From Faecousia sp. (GTDB lineage: Bacteria; Bacillota; Clostridia; Oscillospirales; Oscillospiraceae): DNA of 64,000 nt. Location of the stretch: contig JAZOPV010000015.1 in NCBI GenBank assembly GCA_045655745.1, forward strand, positions 26,824-90,823, read 5' to 3'. How positions within the stretch are numbered: position 1 is the stretch's first letter; every line of letters starts with the position of its first letter. Made by a program: the position numbers and the translations under genes. Shown in pieces: positions 8,756-17,623 of the stretch. The notes under the pieces are model-generated. The model made no database searches, was not told where the DNA came from, and worked only from the letters and a program-made list of their open reading frames with translations.

Positions 8756-8790
8756 CGTTACTTTCTTGTGTCCGAACAAGAAAAGTACCA
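8756..8790. repeat. REP-like hairpin (family A), isolated copy
   Basis: Reverse complement TGGTACTTTTCTTGTTCGGACACAAGAAAGTAACG closely matches 34071-34105 and resembles 33918-33948. Confidence 0.75.
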
Positions 8791-8915
8791 CATCCCGTTA
8801 AACTGCAATTTATCTTCCAAAATTTGTAAAACCCTCTTGCGGTGGGGAAAATTGTGGTATATAATTATTTTGTAAAAATTTGGGCGTATGCCCGAAATAT
8901 GGAGGAAAGAATCCC

Positions 8916-9914
8916 ATGTTTAATGCAATGATTGATGTTTTGAAAGCCAATCCCCGGAAAATTGTCTTTACCGAGGGTCACGATGCCCGTATTTTGGAAG
9001 CCACTGCCCGTCTAAAGCAGGGCGGTTTCCTGACCCCCATTTTGGTGGGCGACCCCGAAGTGGTCCGTGCCAATGCTGCCAAGGGCGGCTTTGACATTGC
9101 CGGCGTTGAAATTTTGGACCCTGCTACATATGAGGACATGGATGCCATGGTCGAAAAGATGGTAGAGCTGCGTAAGGGCAAGATGTCTGCCGACGAGTGC
9201 CGTGCCGCTCTGTCCAAGGGTAACTATTTCGGCACCATGCTGGTGAAGATGGGCTATGCCGATTCTCTGCTGGGCGGCGCTACCTATTCCACCGCTGACA
9301 CTGTCCGTCCTGCCCTGCAGTTGGTGAAAACCAAGAAGGGTGCAAACCTTGTATCCTCCTGCTTCATTTTGGTCCGTGGTGACGAGAAGATTGCCATGGG
9401 CGACTGCGCCATCAACCTCAGCTATGAGGACACCGTGGACAAAGAGGGCAATGTGGTTGTTTCCGCTGCACGGAAGCTGGCTGAAGTGGCTGTGGAAACC
9501 GCAAAGACCGCCAAGGTCTTCGGCATTGAGCCCAAGGTTGCCATGCTGAGCTTCTCCACCAACGGAAGCGGCAAGGGTGCTACCGTAAAGCTGTCCCACG
9601 ATGCCACCATCGAGGCAAAGGCCATGGCGCCCGACATGATGATTGACGGCGAAATGCAGTTTGATGCCGCTGTGGCACCCGAAGTCGGTCAGCTGAAGTT
9701 CCCCGGCTCTCCTGTAGCAGGCTATGCCAACACCTTTATCTTCCCCTGCATCGAAGCCGGCAACATCGGCTACAAGATTGCCCAGCGTTTGGGCGGCTAC
9801 GAAGCCTACGGTCCTATCCTGCAGGGCTTGAACGCCCCCATCAACGACCTGAGCCGTGGCTGCAACGCCGATGAGGTCTACAAGATGGCAATCATCACCG
9901 CTGCACTGGTGTAA
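8916..9914 (+). CDS. pta: Phosphate acetyltransferase
   Basis: KIVFTEG..ARIL, TADTVRPALQ, DGEMQFDAA, GNIGYKIAQRLG, GPILQGLNAPINDLSRGC; start set at ATG 8916 after GGAGG. Confidence 0.95.
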   Translation: MFNAMIDVLKANPRKIVFTEGHDARILEATARLKQGGFLTPILVGDPEVVRANAAKGGFDIAGVEILDPATYEDMDAMVEKMVELRKGKMSADECRAALSKGNYFGTMLVKMGYADSLLGGATYSTADTVRPALQLVKTKKGANLVSSCFILVRGDEKIAMGDCAINLSYEDTVDKEGNVVVSAARKLAEVAVETAKTAKVFGIEPKVAMLSFSTNGSGKGATVKLSHDATIEAKAMAPDMMIDGEMQFDAAVAPEVGQLKFPGSPVAGYANTFIFPCIEAGNIGYKIAQRLGGYEAYGPILQGLNAPINDLSRGCNADEVYKMAIITAALV

Positions 9915-9926
9915 TTTTAAACGCTG

Positions 9927-9957
9927 CAAGGGCTGCTTTCGCAGCCCTTGTTTTTTT
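9927..9957 (+). terminator. Terminator after pta
   Basis: CAAGGGCTGC-TTTC-GCAGCCCTTG + T run. Confidence 0.9.
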
Positions 9958-10024
9958 ATGCGAATTTTCATTTACTTTTTCCGGACACGATGATACAATA
10001 ACCAAAGGAAAGGAGGTCATACAA

Positions 10025-11221
10025 ATGCGACAACTGCTTGAAAAAATCCGCTACACCCCCTATGTATCGGAGCTGCTGCAATTTTTTCGCAAGGGCGATT
10101 TGATTTTGCTGCTGCTTTGTACCCTGACCTCCGGCTTTGGCTGTTTGGTGATTTCCTCTGCCACCCAGCATGAGGGCACAAACCGCTACCTTATCATTCA
10201 GCTGGTGGCACTGGTGCTGGGCATTTTCATGTACATTTTGGTATCCGGCATCAGTGTGGATGCCCTTTCCGAGCATCGCTCGAAGCTGGTGGGTTTTAAT
10301 ACCTTTATGCTGCTTCTGCTGCTGACCCCCTTTGGCGAGGACTACAACTCCGGCAACAAAAGCTGGCTGGTGTTTCCCTTTCTGCCCATGGCAATTCAGC
10401 CGGCAGAATTTTGCAAAATCACCTTTGTGGTGATTTTAGCCTCCGTCATGGCTGCCCATCAAAATCGGCTTTCTTCCTTCCGTTCCATTGGACACATGGT
10501 GCTGCAGCTTGGCTTGGTGGCTGGATTGAATGTAGTTATCTCCGGCGATGCCGGTGTTTCCCTGATTTTCGTCTTTATTTTTGCCATTATGGCATTTGCC
10601 GGCGGTGTCAGACTGATTTGGTTTGGCTGCGCCCTTGGTGGTATCGCAGCCGTTGCCCCCATTGCATGGATTTATTTGCCCAACTATATGAAAGAACGCA
10701 TTGAGGTGCTGTTTAATCCGGACCTAGACCCCACCGGTTTGGATGCCCGGTATCAATCCTACCGCAGTCTGCTGTCACTAAACGGCGGCGGCTTGACGGG
10801 ACAGGGGTTGTATAACGGCAATCGCACTCAAGTGGGTGCGCTGCCTGCCCAGCATACGGACTTCGTATTCTCCGCCATTGGCGAGGAATTGGGGTATCTC
10901 GGCTGTCTGTTGGTGCTGGTAATGCTGATTGCCATTATCGCCCGTTGCATTTATGTAGGCACAAAAAGCCCGGATTTTTTGAGGAAAATGGTGTGCTTTG
11001 GTGTGGCTGCAGCGCTGATTTTCCAAACCCTTTTGAATGTGGGAATGTGCATCGGGGTCATGCCGGTCATCGGCTTAACGCTGCCCTTTATCAGCTATGG
11101 CGGCAGCTCCATGATGTCACTGTTTGCCATGATGGGACTGGTGTCCGGCGTTCATGCCCGACCTGCGCCAAAATCTCATGAGCTGTATATCCATGCCCCC
11201 ATGCAGCGGCTGGACTACTAA
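10025..11221 (+). CDS. FtsW/RodA/SpoVE (SEDS) family protein
   Basis: Multi-TM; IQPAEFCK, LPAQHTDFVFSAIGEELG, MPVIGLTLPFISYGGSS. Confidence 0.92.
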   Translation: MRQLLEKIRYTPYVSELLQFFRKGDLILLLLCTLTSGFGCLVISSATQHEGTNRYLIIQLVALVLGIFMYILVSGISVDALSEHRSKLVGFNTFMLLLLLTPFGEDYNSGNKSWLVFPFLPMAIQPAEFCKITFVVILASVMAAHQNRLSSFRSIGHMVLQLGLVAGLNVVISGDAGVSLIFVFIFAIMAFAGGVRLIWFGCALGGIAAVAPIAWIYLPNYMKERIEVLFNPDLDPTGLDARYQSYRSLLSLNGGGLTGQGLYNGNRTQVGALPAQHTDFVFSAIGEELGYLGCLLVLVMLIAIIARCIYVGTKSPDFLRKMVCFGVAAALIFQTLLNVGMCIGVMPVIGLTLPFISYGGSSMMSLFAMMGLVSGVHARPAPKSHELYIHAPMQRLDY

Positions 11222-11228
11222 AAAACTA

Positions 11229-11260
11229 CCCCAAGGGGAAGTATCCCCTTGGGGCTTTTT
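11229..11260 (+). terminator. Terminator after the SEDS gene
   Basis: CCCCAAGGGGA-AGTA-TCCCCTTGGGG + T run. Confidence 0.85.
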
Positions 11261-11274
11261 ATCGAAAAAATCCC

Positions 11275-11303
11275 TTGACCGCCGGACATTACTATGCTAT
11301 ATT
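11275..11303 (+). promoter_or_regulatory. sigmaA-like promoter upstream of the YitT remnant and guaB
   Basis: TTGACC-17 bp-TATATT with TG extension. Confidence 0.65.
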
Positions 11304-11378
11304 TAAGAGTAATAAAATAAGTGCATTGTGGGAACACCACAGCATCTTCACCATTTTATCTGCTTGGGACTTGGTTAT

Positions 11379-11510
11379 TATGCTTATAAATCATTTAAAA
11401 AGCCTCTGACCTACCTAATGGTAGCCTTTATGGCAGTTCTCACTACCCTCAGCTATCAAATTTTTATCTTCCCCAATGATTTTGCCCCCTCCGGCGACCA
11501 CAGACCTTAA
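11379..11510 (+). pseudogene. Probable 5' remnant of a YitT-family membrane protein gene
   Basis: KPLTYLMVAFMAVLTTLSYQIFIFPNDFAPSG resembles the YitT N-terminal helix plus F-P-N-x-F-A-P-x-G loop, then stops after 4 codons; recognised from memory only. Confidence 0.5.
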
Positions 11511-11549
11511 CTACATACACATATCAACTATAAATTGGAGGTAAATTCC

Positions 11550-13055
11550 ATGGCTTTCTATTATTCCGAGCCCAGCCACACCTTCAGCGAATATCTGCTG
11601 ATTCCCGGCTACACCAGCGAAGAGTGCATCCCCGACCGAGTTTCTCTGCGTACCCCTCTTGTAAAATACCGTAAGGGAGAAGAAGAGTGCCCCATCAGCT
11701 TGAATATTCCCATGACCTCTGCCATTATGCAGTCGGTATCCAACGATACCTTGGCAATTGCCTTGGCAAAGGAGGGTGGCATCAGCTTTATTTACGGCTC
11801 TCAGTCCATCGAATCTCAAGCCGCCATGGTTTCCAGAGTGAAGAACTATAAGGCAGGCTTTGTGGTTTCCGCCTCCAATCTAACCCCCAATCATACCTTG
11901 GCGGATGTGCTGAATTTGAAAGCCACCAACGGCTTCTCCACCGTCGCCATCACCGCTGACGGCACACCCAACGGCAAGCTTTTGGGCATCGTCACCGGAC
12001 GGGACTACCGTGTCAGCCGTATGAGCCCTGCCGACCCCATTTCCTCCTTCATGACACCCTTGGAAAAGCTGATTACTGCGCCGGCAGAAACCACCCTGAA
12101 GGAAGCCAACGACATTATTTGGGATCACAAGCTGAATTCTCTTCCCATTGTGGATAAGAACGGCTGTCTTATGTACTTTGTGTTCCGCAAGGACTATTCC
12201 TCCCACAAGGCAAATCCGCAGGAATTGCTGGACAAGCAAAAGCGGTTCTTGGTGGGTGCAGGCATCAATACCCGTGACTTTGAAAGCCGGATTCCGGCGT
12301 TGTTAAACGCAGGTGCAGATGTTCTGTGCATCGACTCCTCTGAGGGTTTCACTTGCTGGCAGGAGAAAACCATTGCTTGGGTGCGGAAAACCTACGGTGA
12401 TACCGTCAAAATCGGCGCAGGCAATGTGGTAGACAAAGATGGCTTCCTGTTCCTTGCAAAAGCCGGTGCGGACTTTGTCAAGGTAGGCATTGGCGGCGGC
12501 TCTATCTGCATCACCCGTGAGACCAAGGGCATCGGTCGCGGTCAGGCAACGGCACTGATTGAGGTTGCCAAGGCAAGAGATGAATACTTTGCCGAAACCG
12601 GCATTTATGTGCCCATCTGCTCCGATGGCGGCATTGTCCACGATTATCACATGACACTAGCACTTGCCATGGGTGCAGACTTTATGATGCTGGGTCGTTA
12701 TTTTGCCCGATTTGACGAAAGCCCCACGCCCAAGGTCATGGTCAACGGCGCTTATATGAAGGAATACTGGGGCGAAGGCAGCAACCGTGCCCGAAACTGG
12801 CAGCGCTATGATTTGGGCGGCTCTACCAAGCTCAGCTTTGAAGAGGGCGTGGACTCCTATGTGACCTACGCCGGCACACTGCACGACAATGTGGAAGCAA
12901 GCCTTTATAAGGTCAAATCCACCATGTGCAACTGCGGCATGGTCACGATTCCCGACCTGCAGCAGAACGCCAAGCTGACGCTGGTTTCCTCCACCTCCAT
13001 TGCGGAGGGTGGCTACCACGATGTCACCCTGCGTACCGGTCCTCAAAGTAGGTAA
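11550..13055 (+). CDS. guaB: IMP dehydrogenase (CBS-domain type)
   Basis: [11 protein letters not shown] pair, [14 protein letters not shown] catalytic Cys loop, DGG, MLGRYFA. Confidence 0.95.
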   Translation: MAFYYSEPSHTFSEYLLIPGYTSEECIPDRVSLRTPLVKYRKGEEECPISLNIPMTSAIMQSVSNDTLAIALAKEGGISFIYGSQSIESQAAMVSRVKNYKAGFVVSASNLTPNHTLADVLNLKATNGFSTVAITADGTPNGKLLGIVTGRDYRVSRMSPADPISSFMTPLEKLITAPAETTLKEANDIIWDHKLNSLPIVDKNGCLMYFVFRKDYSSHKANPQELLDKQKRFLVGAGINTRDFESRIPALLNAGADVLCIDSSEGFTCWQEKTIAWVRKTYGDTVKIGAGNVVDKDGFLFLAKAGADFVKVGIGGGSICITRETKGIGRGQATALIEVAKARDEYFAETGIYVPICSDGGIVHDYHMTLALAMGADFMMLGRYFARFDESPTPKVMVNGAYMKEYWGEGSNRARNWQRYDLGGSTKLSFEEGVDSYVTYAGTLHDNVEASLYKVKSTMCNCGMVTIPDLQQNAKLTLVSSTSIAEGGYHDVTLRTGPQSR

Positions 13056-13061
13056 AAAGAT

Positions 13062-13095
13062 ACAGCAGGCGGATTGCTCCGCCTGCTGTTTTATT
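13062..13095. terminator. Bidirectional terminator between guaB and the deacetylase gene
   Basis: ACAGCAGGCGG / CCGCCTGCTGT stem with A and T flanks. Confidence 0.85.
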
Positions 13096-13867
13096 TTTGG
13101 AACAATTCCTCTATCGTACCAAAGCTGTAGCCCATGTCCCTCCACTTGGTCAGCAGCTCATCCAAAATGGCGGCGTTGGTTTGGCTGGTGGAGTGCAGCA
13201 ACACCACCGCCCCGTTGTGCAGCCGTGGCAGGAGCTTAGAAAAGGCATAATCACGGGTGGGCTGGCTGTCGTTGTTCCAATCCACATAGGCAAGACTCCA
13301 AAACACCGTTTTGTAGCCCAGCTGCTGCGCCATTTTTAGGTTTTCCTCCGAATAATTGCCCTGTGGGGGGCGATAATATTTGGGCATTTCCTGTCCCGTC
13401 ACCTCGGTATAAACCGCCTCCAAATCCTTTAATTCCTTGGAAAATGCCTCCAACTTGGAGATTTTGGACATATCGGGGTGGTGCATGGTGTGATTGCCTA
13501 CAATATGCCCCTCCGACACCATTCGCCGCACCAAATCGGCGTTGGTTTGAATGTAATTACCCACGAGGAAAAAGGCTGCCGGCACTTGGTGTTTCTGCAA
13601 AATATCCAAAATTTGGGCGGTGCAGCCGTTTTCATAGCCGGCATCAAAGGTCAAATAAATTTTCTTTTGGGTAGTGTCCCCAAGATAAGCCGCATCCAGC
13701 CCTGCCAGTGTGGCAGAATTTGCAGGACCGATGGGCGGCGCACCCTCGGTGCGAAAGCTAAGCCCCCAGCTGCCGGCAGAAATGCTTTCCGCCCGAAAAA
13801 TCCCAATGCCCAGCAGCAACGCCACCACCAGCACACCGCAAAGAATATACAAATCCCGTTTTAACAT
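13091..13867 (-). CDS. Polysaccharide deacetylase, PdaA-like (spore cortex muramic delta-lactam type)
   Basis: Signal anchor, YLTFDAGYENG, GNHTMHHP, YRPPQG, WSLAYVDW, VLLHS. Confidence 0.9.
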   Translation of the reverse strand: MLKRDLYILCGVLVVALLLGIGIFRAESISAGSWGLSFRTEGAPPIGPANSATLAGLDAAYLGDTTQKKIYLTFDAGYENGCTAQILDILQKHQVPAAFFLVGNYIQTNADLVRRMVSEGHIVGNHTMHHPDMSKISKLEAFSKELKDLEAVYTEVTGQEMPKYYRPPQGNYSEENLKMAQQLGYKTVFWSLAYVDWNNDSQPTRDYAFSKLLPRLHNGAVVLLHSTSQTNAAILDELLTKWRDMGYSFGTIEELFQK

Positions 13868-13887
13868 CTTTTATCCCTCCCGTGGAC

Positions 13888-13916
13888 AGCCTATGCTTCT
13901 TGTCCATGGGATATGA
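13888..13916 (-). promoter_or_regulatory. Possible mother-cell sigma (sigmaE/K-like) promoter
   Basis: TCATAT-15 bp-CATAGGCT on the minus strand just upstream of the deacetylase RBS. Confidence 0.4.
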
Positions 13917-13929
13917 AACGGATTTCTAA

Positions 13930-14002
13930 CGAAAAAAATGAAGAAGCACCGCCAAACATTACTGTTCGTTCAATCAAGGCATGATGCCTCGTGCTTCTTC
14001 AT
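13930..14002 (-). terminator. Long stem-loop ending in a U tract on the minus strand
   Basis: ATGAAGAAGCAC (13938-13949) / GTGCTTCTTCAT (13991-14002) enclosing an inner GAGGCAT/ATGCCTT hairpin; A run at 13932-13938. Confidence 0.55.
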
Positions 14003-14031
14003 GGTCAGCATATGCTATTCTCAAAGAAATG

Positions 14032-14100
14032 TCAAAAAAAGACGGCTGCCATTCCGTATCTAAAAATCTTCCGATTTCCATATATCGAATGGTCATCCAT
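14032..14100 (-). CDS. 22-aa small ORF MDDHSIYGNRKIFRYGMAAVFF (an alternative 40-aa frame starts at 14096)
   Basis: Strong RBS GGAGGT 6 nt upstream; stop arises right after a T7 run. Confidence 0.35.
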   Translation of the reverse strand: MDDHSIYGNRKIFRYGMAAVFF

Positions 14101-14122
14101 TGTGTTACCTCCCTCAATTATT

Positions 14123-14143
14123 ATGCACTAATTATTAGTGCAT
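14123..14143. promoter_or_regulatory. 21-bp palindrome, candidate operator of the Arc-like protein
   Basis: ATGCACTAAT-T-ATTAGTGCAT; related half-site TAAGTGCA near 14187. Confidence 0.6.
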
Positions 14144-14215
14144 TTTGCTCGTTGTATCCTGCTTTTTACTTAAAATAAATACATATTAAGTGCAAAATAA
14201 GTGGAGGTATCAGCT

Positions 14216-14395
14216 ATGAATAAACAAAAACACATCAGTATTTGCATCGATGCCGATGTATTGGAGAAATTTCACTATGTGGCAAAATACGATGACCGCA
14301 GTGCCAGCGGTCAGGTGATGTATTTAATCAACCGCTGTATTCGTGATTTTGAAGAAACGCATGGTGTAATTCCGGTTTCTCAAGAGCAGAAATAA
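14216..14395 (+). CDS. Arc-family ribbon-helix-helix DNA-binding protein (59 aa)
   Basis: KHISICIDADVLEKFHYVAKYDDRSASGQVMYLINRCI; RBS GGAGGT. Confidence 0.85.
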   Translation: MNKQKHISICIDADVLEKFHYVAKYDDRSASGQVMYLINRCIRDFEETHGVIPVSQEQK

Positions 14396-14398
14396 AGA

Positions 14399-14425
14399 AA
14401 AGCCCCGGACAAGCGGGGCTTTTTC
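14399..14425. terminator. Bidirectional terminator
   Basis: AAAGCCCCG-GACAAG-CGGGGCTTT. Confidence 0.8.
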
Positions 14426-14668
14426 TTATTTCATTCGCTTTTCCAAGGTGGCGGCGGACAGTGCCGTCAAATACACTCTGTCCATGCCATACTCCGAGGT
14501 TAGCACAAAAGCTTTCGGCAAATCGTCACAGGGCACAACCATGCCCTCTCTCTCTGCCTTTTCCAAAAATTCACGGGTGCGCTTGGAGGTGGAGGTATTG
14601 TCCAAATCAAAAATTCCCAGCACCGACCTTTGCCGTACCGCCATGTCATTTCCGATGGAAAGATACAT
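14426..14668 (-). CDS. DUF370 / RemB-like small protein
   Basis: [44 protein letters not shown]; start overlaps the rnhA stop. Confidence 0.85.
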   Translation of the reverse strand: MYLSIGNDMAVRQRSVLGIFDLDNTSTSKRTREFLEKAEREGMVVPCDDLPKAFVLTSEYGMDRVYLTALSAATLEKRMK

Positions 14669-15114
14669 TATTCTGCCCCCTTCAGGCGCTTCCACTGGGC
14701 AACTGCCAGCTCATCACAGCGGTTATTCTTGGGATTTTCCGCATGACCCTTCACCCAATGATACTGCATTTGATGCACGGCAGTCAATTCCAGCAGAATT
14801 TCCCACAAATCCGGATTCAGCGCCGGCTTTTTATCGGACTTTACCCAGCCCTTTTTCTGCCAGCCCAGCGCCCAACCCTTGGATAATCCGTCAATCACAT
14901 ACTTGGAATCGGAATACAATTCCACAATGCAAGGCTCTTTCAGCGCCTGCAAGCCACGGATAACCGCCGTCAGCTCCATGCGGTTGTTGGTGGTGCTTTC
15001 CTCGCCGCCGGACATTTCCCGCTCCTTGCCCTTGTACTCCAAAATCGCACCCCAGCCACCCGGACCGGGATTGCCGGAGCAAGCGCCATCGGTGTAGAGT
15101 GTTACGGTTTTCAT
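14668..15114 (-). CDS. rnhA: Ribonuclease HI
   Basis: [43 protein letters not shown]. Confidence 0.97.
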   Translation of the reverse strand: MKTVTLYTDGACSGNPGPGGWGAILEYKGKEREMSGGEESTTNNRMELTAVIRGLQALKEPCIVELYSDSKYVIDGLSKGWALGWQKKGWVKSDKKPALNPDLWEILLELTAVHQMQYHWVKGHAENPKNNRCDELAVAQWKRLKGAE

Positions 15115-17609
15115 TCTTCCGTCTCCTGCAGAGCATCCACACGCTCCACGCTGACCACCTGATTGCCTTCTTCCACACGCATGACGATAACGCCCTGCAC
15201 ATCTCGCTTATAGACATTCACATCATGGGCAGGGGTACGGATGATGACACCGCCGGATTCAATCAGCATCACATCATCCTCGTCACCCACCACACGACAG
15301 CCGGCTACCAAACCGGTCTTGGGGGTGATGTTGTAGTTCTTGAGACCCTTACCGCCACGGCCCTGTGCCTGCTTTTTACCGTTCGGACCGGTGCGAAGGT
15401 ACTCAGAAAGCTCTGTGCGCTTGCCGTAGCCATTTTCTGTGACGGTCAGGAGTGTTTTACCCTCCTCCGCTTTCTCCGCGCCAATGACCTTGTCGCCTGC
15501 GGAGAGCAGAATGCCACGAACACCCACTGCATCACGACCCATGGGACGCACATCATTTTCATTGAAGCAGATTGCCATGCCCTGCGCCGTTGCCAAAATG
15601 ATGTCCTCATCGCCAGTGGTGCGAATTACATTGATGAGGTGGTCGCCCTCGTCCAAGGTAATGGCACGGATGCCGGACTTGCGGTTGGTTTTCAGGGCGA
15701 TAAAGGGAATTCGCTTCACTGTACCCTGACGGGTCACCATCATGAGGAACTCATTTTCATCAAATTCTCTTGTCACCACCAGCGCCGTGACGCTTTCACC
15801 CTGCTCCAAGGGCAGAATGTTGACCATGGCAGTGCCACGGGCGGTACGGCTTGCCTCCGGAATTTGATAGCCCTTGCGGTGATGCACTCTGCCCAAATCT
15901 GTAAAGAACAGCATATGGTCATGAGTGGATGCCACCGACAGGCTCTTGACATAGTCCTCGTCCTTCAAATTCTGTGCGGAAATACCACGACCGCCACGAC
16001 CCTGCGTGCGATAGGTATCCACCGGCATCCGCTTGATATAGCCCTGATTGGAGAGGGTAAACACGCAGGTTTCCTCCTCAATCAAATCCTCGATGTCGAT
16101 TTCGTCCTCCACATCCTGAATTTCGGTCTTGCGCTTGTCACCGAATTTATCCCGAATTTCCACCAGCTCATCCCGCAGAACAGCCTGCAGCTTGACGGGG
16201 TCAGCCAATAGCTCCTGATAATAGGCAATTTTGCCCTGCAATTCCTTAAATTCAGCCTCCAGCTTTTCTCTGTTCAAGCCCTGCAGTGCAATTAAACGCA
16301 TATCGCAGATTGCCTGCGCCTGCACCTCAGACAAAGAGAAGCGCTCCATCAGCTTCTGCTTGGCATCGTCATAGGCAGAGCGGATGATGCGGATAACCTC
16401 GTCAATGTTATCCTGCGCAATCAGCAAGCCCTCCAACAGATGGGCACGCTCCTGCGCCTTGCGCAAATCAAACTGGGTACGTCGAGTCAAAACTTCCATT
16501 TGGAAGGACAGATATTCATCCAAAATCTGCCGCAGGGACAGAATTCTCGGTTGCTTTTGATTGTCCACCAACGCAAGCAGAATAATGCCAAAGCTACTCT
16601 GCAAAGCAGTCTGCTTGAACAGATTGTTCAGCACCACCTGGGGATTGGCATCCTTCTTCAGCTCAATGACCATCCGCATACCGTTGCGGTCGGTTTCGTC
16701 ACGAAGGTCGGAGATGCCATCCAGCTTTTTATCCTTCACCTGCTCAGCAATATTTTTAATCAGCTGACGCTTGTTGACCTGATAGGGAAGCTCAGTGACG
16801 ATAATTCTCATTCTGTCCTTGCCGAACTCCTCAAATTCCGTACGGGCACGGACCACCACCTTGCCACGACCGGTGGCATAGGCGGCACGAATACCACTGC
16901 GACCCATGATGATGCCGCCGGTGGGGAAATCCGGACCGGAAATATGCTCCATCAAATCCGCCAAATCTGCCTCTGGATTGTCAATGACGCAGATTGCCGC
17001 ATTGATAACCTCCTGCAGATTATGAGGGGGAATGTTGGTTGCCATACCAACGGCAATACCGGAAGAGCCATTGACCAGCAAATTAGGGAAACGGGACGGC
17101 AGAACACGGGGCTCTTTCCGCCTTTCGTCAAAGTTGGGGTCCCAATCCACGGTGTCCTTGTCAATGTCCCGCAGCATTTCGTTGGAAATTTTAGACAGTC
17201 TTGCCTCAGGGTAACGATAAGCCGCCGGAGGGTCGCCATCCACAGAGCCAAAGTTACCGTGACCTTCCACCAGCATATACCGCATGGAGAAATCCTGCGC
17301 CAAACGCACCATGGCATCGTAAACAGAGCCGTCACCATGGGGATGGTACTTACCCAGCACATCACCCACGCAGGTGGCAGACTTTTTAAAGGGCTTATCG
17401 GAGGTTAAACCGCTTTCGTACATGGTGTACAAAATCCGGCGGTGGACCGGCTTTAAGCCGTCCCGCACATCCGGCAGGGCACGACCGACGATGACCGACA
17501 TGGCATATTCAATATAGGATTTTTCCATCTCATCCACCAGAAGACTTTCCGTAATCACCTGATTGGGGAAGAGGATATCCTCCGGTTTGTAACTACGATT
17601 ATGTGCCAA
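15111..17609 (-). CDS. gyrA: DNA gyrase subunit A
   Basis: [21 protein letters not shown], GyrA-box QGRGGRG; TTG start with RBS AAGGAGGTG. Confidence 0.97.
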   Translation of the reverse strand: MAHNRSYKPEDILFPNQVITESLLVDEMEKSYIEYAMSVIVGRALPDVRDGLKPVHRRILYTMYESGLTSDKPFKKSATCVGDVLGKYHPHGDGSVYDAMVRLAQDFSMRYMLVEGHGNFGSVDGDPPAAYRYPEARLSKISNEMLRDIDKDTVDWDPNFDERRKEPRVLPSRFPNLLVNGSSGIAVGMATNIPPHNLQEVINAAICVIDNPEADLADLMEHISGPDFPTGGIIMGRSGIRAAYATGRGKVVVRARTEFEEFGKDRMRIIVTELPYQVNKRQLIKNIAEQVKDKKLDGISDLRDETDRNGMRMVIELKKDANPQVVLNNLFKQTALQSSFGIILLALVDNQKQPRILSLRQILDEYLSFQMEVLTRRTQFDLRKAQERAHLLEGLLIAQDNIDEVIRIIRSAYDDAKQKLMERFSLSEVQAQAICDMRLIALQGLNREKLEAEFKELQGKIAYYQELLADPVKLQAVLRDELVEIRDKFGDKRKTEIQDVEDEIDIEDLIEEETCVFTLSNQGYIKRMPVDTYRTQGRGGRGISAQNLKDEDYVKSLSVASTHDHMLFFTDLGRVHHRKGYQIPEASRTARGTAMVNILPLEQGESVTALVVTREFDENEFLMMVTRQGTVKRIPFIALKTNRKSGIRAITLDEGDHLINVIRTTGDEDIILATAQGMAICFNENDVRPMGRDAVGVRGILLSAGDKVIGAEKAEEGKTLLTVTENGYGKRTELSEYLRTGPNGKKQAQGRGGKGLKNYNITPKTGLVAGCRVVGDEDDVMLIESGGVIIRTPAHDVNVYKRDVQGVIVMRVEEGNQVVSVERVDALQETEE

Positions 17610-17623
17610 AATCCGTCACCTCC

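Noticed and set aside
11313-11328. TAAGTGCAT half-site in the guaB leader as a target of the Arc-like protein
   Set aside because: Only an isolated short half-site, not distinguishable from chance without a genome-wide scan.
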